Assembly (NCBI GenBank): GCA_010356995.1
Contig: ML996700.1
Coordinates: 558,001 to 622,000 of the forward strand
From: Trichodelitschia bisporula
Lineage: Eukaryota
DNA length: 64,000 bases
Direction of reading: 5' to 3'
A program made the position numbers and the translations under genes. The notes beneath the pieces were generated by a model that did no database searches, was not told the DNA's origin, and worked only from the letters and a program-made list of their open reading frames with translations. Below, piece by piece: positions 12,933-23,060 of this stretch (positions are counted from its first letter, which is position 1; every line of letters begins with the position of its first letter).

Positions 12933-13452
12933 GATGTGTCAAAGGCCGGAATCCAAAAACGGAAATGTGAAAGGCCAGGACCACGTTGCGAGGATCGACG
13001 TGTCTGAGTCCCGGGGCCCCTTGCGCTTGATATAGGAGGAGCCCGCGTGCTTTCATCTGCACAGACGGAGCTTTCCACGTGAGGCTATCGTCGTGGCTGG
13101 GGCTCGATACCAGTTCGTCGATACCGGCTGGCGCATGGTAGAGCGGCGCGCCTCCGGGCCTACGGTAGTAGCGGGCCCGCCAGCGGGAACCGCGATACGG
13201 TTGCAAGTCTGGGCCCGCATATCAATCCGGCGCCGTGGTTCTGTGCGGAGATTTGCGGCTAGTGGTTGGTGTGTTGTGGGGTGCAGCTGAGCTGAGCTCT
13301 ACAGGCTGGAGCTTCGTCCAATGATATCCCGGCCGCACACTGATCCGTTTCTTACAGGTCGAAACATAAATGGCATGAAAGCTCGATCGCCACTAGAGTC
13401 CCTGCAGGGTAAGCTGCATCTCAGCCTTGAGGGAGGCGGGGAGGGCGTTTTG

Positions 13453-13465
13453 CTTATCCCTTATC
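13453..13465. promoter_or_regulatory. Paired GATA sites (CTTATC x2), candidate AreA/Nit2 elements
   Basis: CTTATC at 13453 and 13460, between the permease and hydrolase genes. Confidence 0.4.
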
Positions 13466-13837
13466 TGACCTGGTGTCGCGCTATCCGAACAAGTGCCTCA
13501 TCGGGACGATGCAACGATCTCTTCCCGGAATATGAGAAGCGCCACATGTACTCTTTGCAGTCGAATGCTTCCCTTACCTCGCTTGACCTTGCTGGGGAGT
13601 CATCTCTCTCTCTCGCGTATCGACCGCTGAATGGGCATAGGCAATGGAAGCATTGGCTCACAAGAGAAAGATGGTGCAGCACGGCGGTAAAAGACAAGGA
13701 GAGGAGGGGGAGCCGCGCAGCCGAGATGACATTCCACCTGTCCCTTCCCCCCACGGATGCGCCTTCTGCTGCTGATGTGCACATTCCCAGGAATAAGAAT
13801 GCTCCTTCCAACGGTGACATACCGGTATGTCTACCTT

Positions 13838-14072
13838 TGATGCAAACATGAGGCAGGAGCATTGTTATGTCAGGAACGAGCAATGTTACTCTTGAGAAGG
13901 TACATGATGTAATGTACTCATGATGGAAGGAAGGAGTATCGGAGGGCCTTTGCCACATCGTATATTTAGTCTCGAGCGTCTCTTGACTCTCTCCTCTTCT
14001 TCAAGTTTCATCAAACTTCTAAATAGTACTTCACCTCTAGCCATTGCAAGTGACAAGCCTATGCTTCCATTA
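13838..14072 (+). mobile_element. Solo-LTR-like element, copy C (degenerate), inside a divergent promoter
   Basis: Starts TGATG. Contains GGAGCATTGTTATGTCAGGAA, ATGATGTAATG, GAAGGAAGGAGTA and CTCGAG blocks. Ends AGCCTATGCTTCCATTA, matching copy A AGCCTTGCTCCCATCA. Confidence 0.65.
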
Positions 14073-14605
14073 GCTTCAAGTCCACATCAATAGGTACCCC
14101 GAGATAACACCGTCCCAGCTTCAGCCTGAGCTACTTCACTGGGAGAACCACGGCAAACCTCACCCGAGCTCGTATGGCCAACGGAACTTCGTTATGGCCG
14201 CTTATTGCACTCACACTTGTCAGAACCACAACACATGGCATTCTAGAAATCCCAGCTCCCGGCCCCCACTAGCGCATGCATGCAAAGCTTCAGCCCAACG
14301 CCCACAGCGTGGGGTCTGGGGGTCTAGTTCTAGCCCCGGGAAGCACCCCGGCAACCCGATAAGGCGGCCCCGACCCCGCACAAGCGGCCGGCCGACGGCG
14401 CCCCGCCGGCCACCGTCGCCGCGTGCCCCGGTCCCGCCGCCCGCCCTCGCCATTATGCGGGGCACGTAAATGGTCGTGCAGCCTAGCAGCCCATTGGGGG
14501 CAGAGCGGATCGCACTTTCTCTTTCTCCTCTCTCGTTGCTCTCTCGTCGCTCCTTCGCAGCATCTACCGGCCAAAGAGCGCCCAGGAGACAGCACAGCAC
14601 TCACA

Positions 14606-16888
14606 ATGGCGACCTCACAGCTCCCCTCGCTCCTCAGCATCGATGCGAAGCCGTACGCCTTTGCCTTTCCGCCGCAGCATACCGCGCTACTCGTCATCGA
14701 TATGCAGCGCGATTTCCTGCTGGCAGGCGGATTCGGCGCAATCCAGGGCGGCAACCTGGAAGCCGTGCAAGCGTCCATCGCGCCGACGAAGAAGCTGCTT
14801 GAGGTGTGCCGGCGCGCCGGGTTGACGGTGTTCCACACCCGCGAGGGCCACAAGCCCGATATGTCTGACTGTCCCTCGTCGAAGCTAGTCCGCCAGGCGG
14901 AGGCACCGGAGAACACGCAGCACACGCTGGTTATCGGGGATAAGGGACCGATGGGCCGGCTGCTGGTGCGCGGTGAGTACGGACACGATATTGTGGATGA
15001 GTTGGCGCCGCTGCCGGGAGAGGTGGTCATCGATAAGCCTGGGAAGGGGTCGTTCTGGAATACAACGATCCTGCATAAGCTTAAGGCTCGCGCGATTACG
15101 CATCTGATAGTTGCGGGCGTGACGACTGAGTGCTGCTTTGCCACGACTATTCGCGAGGCTAATGACCGCGGGTTTGAGTGCTGTGAGTTTTTGCGTGTGC
15201 TCAGAGGGGGTGGGTGTTAATGGTAGCAGGCGGCATCGAGGAGGCGACCGCGGGGTACAATGCCGAGTTCAAGTGCTCGAGCCTGGAGATGCTGTACTGG
15301 TCGCAAGGGCTTTTCGGCTTCGTCTCGTCACTTCAGCCGCTCGTTGACACCCTCGAGCCATATACCACCGCTCCCACGTCGCTCACCTCCCCCCCAATCA
15401 CCCCACCGGCCTGGGACGGCAACGTGACCATCCCCAGCCTACAAGCCGCCTACCGGGCCGGCCTCTCCCCCGTCACCGTCGCAGAAGGCGTGCTCAAATA
15501 CATCGAGCAGTACGAAACTGAAAACCCCGGCGTGTGGATCCACCGCGTGCCCAAGGACGTGGTTCTCGAGGCCGCCAAAGCGCTCGCCGCGAAGTACCCG
15601 GATAAATCCGCCCTGCCCCCGCTCTTCGGCGTCCCGTTCAACATCAAAGACAGCCTTGACGTCGCCGGCCTGCCAACGACGACCGCATGCCCGCCCCTGA
15701 CGCACATCGCCTCAACCAGCTCCCCCGTGTACGACAGCGTAATCGCCCAAGGCGCCCTCTTCATCGGCAAAACGAACCTGGACCAACTCGCCACGGGCCT
15801 AACCGGCTGCCGGTCGCCCTACGGGCGGCCGCACTCTGTCTTCCACAACGACTACATTTCCGGCGGCTCGAGCAGCGGGAACTGCGTCAGCGTCGGCGCC
15901 TCACTCGTCTCCTTCTCCATCGCCACCGACACAGCGGGGAGCGGCCGCGTGCCCTCCGGCTTCAACGGCGTGGTCGGGTACAAGCCGACGCGCGGCCTGC
16001 TCAGCACCGTCGGACTCGTCCCCGCCTGCCTATCGCTCGACTGCATCGCCATCATCTCGCGCACCGTCGCCGACGCCCGGACCGTCTGGCAAGTCGCTGA
16101 AGCCTACGACCCGCGCGACCGCTACGCCAAGAACCCACTCGGCTTCGAGCGGCACGTCAACGCCACCGGGCCAGGAGCGCGGAAATTCACCTTCGGGATC
16201 CCCCCCCCAGAGGCGCTCTCCGTGTGCGCCCCCGTCTACCGCGCCATGTTCCACAAAGCGATCGCGCGACTCCAGGCAATGGGCGGCGAGCTGAGGCCTA
16301 TAGACTGGAGTCCCTTTGAGAAGGCAGGGAGGCTGTTGTACGACGGGACGTTTGTGAGCGAGCGCCTTGCGAGTTTGCCGGATGATTGGCTGGAGAAGAA
16401 TCGCGGGCACTTGCACCCTGTGATTCGCGAGCTGTTCGAGGCGGTGGAGGCGAGGGGGAGCACGGCGGTGCAGGCGTACCGCGATTTACAGGCTAAGGCG
16501 CTGTATACGCGGCAGGCGGAGCTGGTGCTTGGGTACGGGGACGGGGGCGTGGATGTTGTGGTCGTGCCTACGGCGCCGACGCATTGGACTGTTGAGGAGG
16601 TGTTGGAGGATCCGATTAGGAAGAATAGTGCGCTGGGGGTGAGTTTTTTCTGATGTGTGTTACGGTGGGGGACTGGCTAACGAGTGGCAGGAGTTCACGC
16701 ATTTTGGAAACGTGCTCGATTTGTGCTGCGTTGCGGTGCCGGCGGGGGCGTATGCGGAGGGGGAGCTTAGGCCGGGGGCTGGGGACGCGCCGCTGCCGTT
16801 TAGCGTTACGTTCCTTGGGGGGAGTCGGATGGATGCTGAGACGTTGGAGATTGCGAGGAGGTTTGAGCAGGGCCTTTTGAATAGGTGA
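14606..16888 (+). CDS. Fusion of an isochorismatase-family cysteine hydrolase (biuret/triuret-hydrolase-like) and an allophanate-hydrolase-type amidase; introns 15183-15229 and 16639-16690
   Basis: N-domain: VIDMQRDF, HTREGH, GPMGRLLVRGE, IDKPGKGSF, GVTTECC, REANDRGFEC. C-domain: IKDSLDVAGLPTT, GKTNLDQ, RSPYG, GGSSSG, DTAGSGRVP, LLYDGTFVSER. Both introns join in frame. Confidence 0.9.
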
Positions 16889-17116
16889 GGGATATGTGTG
16901 AGGTTGGGGCCGCGGTTGGGTTTGGGCGGTGATCTGTTGAAGGTTTGGGAACTGGACGGGTCACGGTTGGGTTGGGTTGCATAACTCGTACATAGCATTT
17001 TGACGAATCTAGGCCGTGAATTAACACTGGTATTGCGGGTGTCTTTTGGGGTATTTCGGGATTCCATTTTGCCGGAGAGTCCGACTTACGGTCGTCAGCC
17101 ACGCTTCGTACTCTCA

Positions 17117-17842
17117 TCATACCCCCCACACCCCCCCCCCCTCCCCAATCGGCCCCAGCGCAGCACCAAAATCCCCTGCGCCAAACCTCGGCGCCTCGCC
17201 CCTCATCGGCGCATTCGGACTCAGTTTCTTCCGTCTCCGCTCAAGGCCTGCTTTCGACGGGAAGGTCGGGAACATAGCCGTACTCTTCGGGCGCGGATCC
17301 TCAGTGAAGTACGGATGTGTTAGGACCTGTGTGGCGCTTGGGCGGCCTGCCGGGTTAAGTTCGAGAAGGGAGGAGAGCAGGTCAACGCCTGCGGTGGTGA
17401 GGAGGGGGAATGCCGGGCGCAGCGAAGGCGGAGGCGGTGCGGTGGACGGTAAGCGCAGGGCGCGCGCGTTCGGCAATCGGCGTACGGACGGCCAAGTCGC
17501 TTCCGTAGGCGTGCCGCGGAGGGCAAATATCTAGCCCGTCAGCACCACTCCTTCCATCGGGAGCAACACACCTTCCCCACCTGATCCACCTCATTCTTCC
17601 CCTGCAGCAACGGCTCCTTGCCAAACAACTCCCCGAATATACACCCCAGGCTCCACATATCGATCGCGCTATCATAGACCGATGTCCCGAGGAGGAGTTC
17701 GGGCGCGCGGTACCAGAGGGTGACGACGAGTTGGGACATATTGGCGAGGGGGGGGGAGGAAAAGTGGCGTGCCATGCCGAAGTCGGCGAGTTTGGTTTGG
17801 CCGCGGTTGTTGAGGAGGATCTATGGGGGGGTTAGGTGGGAT

Positions 17843-17892
<50 letters not shown>

Positions 17893-18704
17893 GTGGGGGG
17901 TACGTTGGAAGGTTTGAGGTCGCGCTGGGGAGTGTTAGTGGTGGTACTTTTGGGGGTAAGGGGATGGGGGGAGGGGGACGTACGTGGAGAATCCAGTGAT
18001 CGTGGAGATACTCCACCGCCGAAGTAATTTGCAGCATCAGCGTCTTAATCTCACTCGGCAAAAACGGCTCCACCATATCCTCCTGCAGCGCGCGCAGATC
18101 ATGCTCCAAAAACTCCATCACCAGATACACACTAGCACAACAATCAGCCCCCCTTTCATCCCCAAATCTTCACAACTCACTCAAGTAACGTCGTCCCCAC
18201 AACCACCTCCTTCAAATCCACAATATGCGCGTGGCGGCACTCCTGCAGCGTTTGTATCTCCCTAAGCGCCATGTCGGGGAAGCCATCCCCTATCCGGCCC
18301 ATTTTTAGCTTCTTGAGGGCGACGATTGAGCCAGTGGATAGGTCTTTGACGCGGGAGACTGTGCCGTAGGTTCCTTCGTCGATGTGGTTTAGTTGTTCGA
18401 AGATGGAGACGCGGCGGCTGGGGGACCATGAAGGCGCGGTGAGGCGGAGGAGCGCCAGTGGTGCCTCTGGGGCGGGTTCCTCTGGGGCGGGTTCTTCGGA
18501 TAGGCGCCGTCGCTTAGTTGGCCGGTGATCCGTGGGTCTGTCGTCGGCTTGTAAGGCTTCTTGTTCGCGTTGTCGTTGCTGTGCAGCTGCTTCCTCGGCG
18601 GCCCGTCGTTCGCGCTCCGCTTTCGCACGCCGTTTTTCTTCTTTTTCACGTTTCCGAGCCTGCGCATCGGCGTCGTCGTCTGCCCAGCGGGATTTACCGG
18701 CCAT
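17117..18704 (-). CDS. cdk11: CDK11/PITSLRE-like Ser/Thr kinase, 4 introns, including a 21-nt micro-exon at 17904-17924
   Basis: [10 protein letters not shown]-terminus, [25 protein letters not shown], spliced [38 protein letters not shown]. Confidence 0.88.
17843..17891 (+). repeat. Poly-G homopolymer (about 49 nt) in a kinase intron
   Basis: Directly visible. Confidence 0.9.
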
Positions 18705-18954
18705 GATGTCGAGGATAAGGCGTTGATATAGTTCGGGGATGAGGCGTTGACGTCGGGGTGGTCGTGGTTGAGCTGTGGTTGAGCTCGGAGGTGCGGTGCG
18801 GAGGTCGCGGCGGCGCGGCGTCGCCTTGCGGCCAGAACTTTTTTTTTCGCGGGGAAGCAAGACGACCGGCTGGGCCTACGTCGGGCACTTCACAGCTACC
18901 TCACGGATACGACACGATATCAATGGCACATGAGACGACGTCCACGCGATGATT

Positions 18955-20578
18955 ATGAACCGATTTATGCGCCCTGCTAGCCTCAGCTGGAGGCGCGGGC
19001 GGGCATATGGCGGGGCAGCGGCCGTGAGGTTGAGCTCAAGCTCAAGCTCAAGCTCGACAGCACAGCACTTCGAGCGCAAATGGTCCACCCCACTAGCCAA
19101 AACACTGGCCGATGCAATCGCTGTAACTACCTCCCGATTTCACAATGGGAAAAGGCTGATATACCTAGACAACGGGTCCTATCTCGGTCGCCGCCTACAT
19201 GCGCCAATGCCTCACCTCCCCCTCCGGCGGGTACTACACCACCCCCCACACGGGCCACGATCCCTTCGGCGCAGCCGGCGACTTCATAACCTCGCCCGAG
19301 ATATCGCAAATCTTCGGCGAGTTGATCGGGCTATGGGTTGTCGCGGAGTGGATGGCGCAGGGGCGGCGCGACCGTGTCCAGGTGATTGAGATAGGGCCGG
19401 GGCGGGGGACGCTTATGGACGATGTGCTACGGGTACGTTACTGTTGGGTTTTGGTTCGGTGAGAGGGGGGGGCTGATGTGTTGGTTCTAGACGTGTCGCG
19501 CGTTTAGGCCGTTTGCGCAGGCTGTGGATGCGGTGTATCTGGTTGAGCGCAGTGCGCATTTACGGGACGCGCAGCATAAGCTCTTGTGCGGGGATGCGCC
19601 GCTGGAGGAGTGTGATATCGGGCATGCGTCGGTTAGCAAGTACGGGCAGCGGGTGCTCTGGAGCGAGGAGATGAGCTTCGTGCCCTCCGGTATGCCCTCC
19701 CCCACCCCATCATCCTCCTCATCCCAACCACTAACCCCCTAGACCCATCAACCTCCCCCTTCATCCTCGCCCACGAACTCTTCGACGCCTTGCCCATCCA
19801 CATCTTCCAGTCCGTGTCCACCCCCCCTTCACCCTCCAAGCTCACTATCTCAACTTCCCCCACCCCACCCCCCCAACCCAAACCGCAAACCGAATGGCGC
19901 GAACTCCTCGTCACACCCACCCCGCCGCCCTCGCCCTTCGCCAAACCCTCAGGCGGAAGCACGCCGGACTTCACGCTCACACTCTCGCCCCTCCCCACGC
20001 CGCATAGCGCGTACCTCCCTTCCACATCCCCGCGCTACCGCGCCCTGCTCCCTACCCCAGGCAGTACCATCGAAATATCCCCAGAATCCCTCGCGCTCGC
20101 GTTTTCCATCGCAACCCGTATCGGCGGATCCCCGTCCACGCCGCGTGACCCAGCGGGTGCAGCTCTAATCCTCGACTACGGGCCGGCGGACACAATACCC
20201 ACAAACTCACTCCGAGGCATACGCGCCCACGCCCGTGTATCCCCCTTCGAAACACCCGGCGAAGTCGACTTGTCCGCGGACGTAGACTTCGGCGCGCTGG
20301 CTGAGGCAGCTATAAACGCGAGCGAGGGCGTGGAAGTGCATGGCCCGGTGGAGCAAGCTTATTTCCTGTCCGCGATGGGGGGGAAGGAGAGGGCGGAGCA
20401 GCTTGTGCGGGGACTCGGGGGTACGGAGGCCGTCCAGCGGATAGAGGGCGCGTGGAGGCGCTTGGTGGATCGGGGACCGAATGGGATGGGGAAGATATAT
20501 AAAGCTTTGGCTATCGTGCCGTATGTGGGCGGGAAGGTGAGGAGGCCGGTTGGGTTTGGGGGGGATGTGGAGGTGTAA
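18955..20578 (+). CDS. NDUFAF7: Mitochondrial SAM-dependent arginine methyltransferase (MidA/NDUFAF7), 3 introns
   Basis: YMRQCLT, GGYY, GDFITSPEISQIFGELIG, EIGPGRGTLMDD, AHELFDALPIH, DLSADVDF. Arg/Ser-rich presequence. Confidence 0.93.
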
Positions 20579-20655
20579 GCGTGGCACGGGCTGAGGACAG
20601 CAGCGATGTGTAGTCTAACGTTCCTCGTTACTATGTACAATGCCGCCGCCCCACA

Positions 20656-22290
20656 TCAACTCTTCACATCAGGCCTCTCCTCCGTGCTCTCCACCTTCGC
20701 AAGCGGCGTGTGCGGATACAAACTATCGAGACTATTCCTCCGTCCCCAGTTCGGCGGCTGGCGCTTGAGAAACGCGCCCACGGCACCCAAGTACCCCTCG
20801 TGGCGGAGGAAGTATGCGTTCTTCTTCCCCTTGGACCAGAACTTGATTGCGAAGGAGAGGGTGGCCATGGTCTGCCAGTGTCCGCCGATGAAGGACCCGC
20901 CGAAGTAGATGTGCTCGCAATTGTGCTTCTCGGCGTGCAGGTAGGCGATTTGGCCGATGTTGTTGCTGGGCGGGTTAGCGGTAGAACAGGGGGGAGGGGA
21001 AAAGGAGGACATACCTGACCGCGTACAACAAGCTCTTGCTAATATCCTCCGGCTTGAACGTATGCAACGAGACCGCCTCGCCATGATCCTCCGCCTCGCG
21101 CTCCGCCTGCCTCTTCATGCGATACACCTTGCCAAAGGAGCTCGCAATCGTCGTGCTCCTCAGCCCAATCTTCCCATAATCGCTCCCGTATATATCGCCC
21201 ACCAGCATGTCCACCGCCGTATTATCCCCCCTCTCCGCCATACTCAGCATCTCGCTGAAATCGCGCGCCCCGGTCAGGAGACTCAGTATACCCCACAGCG
21301 TACCGCCTCCGAGCGAGGTCCCGCCCACGCGCTCGTACTTCCGTGGCGCGCTGACTTTGAGCATCGAGACGCCGGAGCCAATGTTCACGAGTAGATAGGG
21401 ATAGTTGTGCACGTCCGGCTCGACAAATTCGGTCGGGTTGGCTTCGTTGTCCGAGTACGTGAAGACTTCGCGCGGGATCTCGTGGATGAAGAAGTCGAGG
21501 CCTGGCAGCATTAGCCCATCCACACTGTCGCTGCTCCTCCGCAACCGACGTACCGATGATCAAGCACTCCATCTCATCTTCCCTCAGCACCTCCACCCCA
21601 AGCGCCTCACGTATCTTGTCATAGTACTTGTACGCCCCCCCACCAGTCGCCATAACGCAGAGATCCTGCCCCGGCCCATCCCCATTCCTCAACCGATGCT
21701 CCGCCTTCAATCTCAGCATAAACGCAATACAAACATCAATCTTCTCCGTCTCAAACTTCAAAAAATTGAGCCTACCCCCCTGCGCCACATCCCCCGGCTC
21801 AAAGCTGAAATACACCAACTTCGCCAGACTCCCCCCAATCTGCCCTTATTAGCCCCATCCCCACCCAACTGTTCTCAACACTTACATCAACAGCAACATG
21901 ACTAACCACCTCCCGATGATTCGGCAACCGTATATCCTTCTGCTCATGCTCATACCCGCCCTCGGTATCAAACCACACCACCTCCTCGCCCTCCTCGCTC
22001 TCCTCCCCACTCTTGTGTCCCTCCGAGTCGCCGTCCGCGATGAAGGCGCCTGACACGTTTATCCGCACGTCGCCCGGTCGCCGCACGACCTCTGTCGCTG
22101 CAACACCGCCCGCCGCCCCGCGCTCCAGGTGCGCTGCTAGATCCGCCAGCGAGTCCGCCGCATCCTCAACAGCAGCATCGCGCGGCGCATCCTCGGGCGG
22201 AGGGGGAGGCGCAAGTGTGGGCGCGGTCGTCGTCGGCGCAGGTGCGGAGCCATCCCCCGCATCGCGGGGTCCCATCTCAATTCTCTCCAT
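20656..22290 (-). CDS. CAB1: Type II pantothenate kinase, 3 introns
   Basis: [65 protein letters not shown]. Confidence 0.95.
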
Positions 22291-23060
22291 AGTATGCACA
22301 AATAGCCAAACACAATCTCACAATGTCTTTGCGCGCAATAAAGAGACGAGGAATTAGCGATCGTGCGCAAACAGCGATAAGTGATTCCCACACCCCCAAC
22401 CCCACATCTCCCGCCTCTTACGGCGCCAACGACGGGCTTGCAGCGGCCAGGACGGGGAGTTCGCTGAAATTTTGATACTGAGGGTCCGTGACCTTTTTTT
22501 TGCCCCCGGACCCCGCTCCCCTCCGCGCTGGCCAAGGCGGCGATGATCCACTCCGATTTGGAGCCCTCGGGCCGAGGGTTGGGTGTCGGGCCGGATTGTG
22601 GTGGGTTGGCTTGTGGGAGTGGGTGCCGTTTGGCGATGTCAACGTGAAGGAATAATTGTGATATTTAAGGAACTTATCTAGTTGCAGCATATGGGAATTC
22701 TACCTTCTTTCATTTGACTTGAGGTTAATGCCGGCAATCGTGCCGGCCGATTGAAGTGCGCAGCTCCGCTTCAGCCTTGCCCATGACACCAACGCTAGAA
22801 TCGCGGACTCACAAGTGTTTCTGTTCTAATGTCGCTTTGCATGTTTAGTCTACCTGCCTTTGCGTCGGTCTAGGAGCATGAAGGCCTCAGCGCACCGTTA
22901 CCCTGCACTGCTCTTATGCAGCTACGCACTGTCAGAAGTACACGATATTTCTATGCAGTAGATTTAGAGAACAGTATTTGACAGCATTACCCGATCTATG
23001 CTACCGCCATATATCCTGTCATTACACCTGAGCAAGTCACTGGTTTACAATCCGTCTCCA

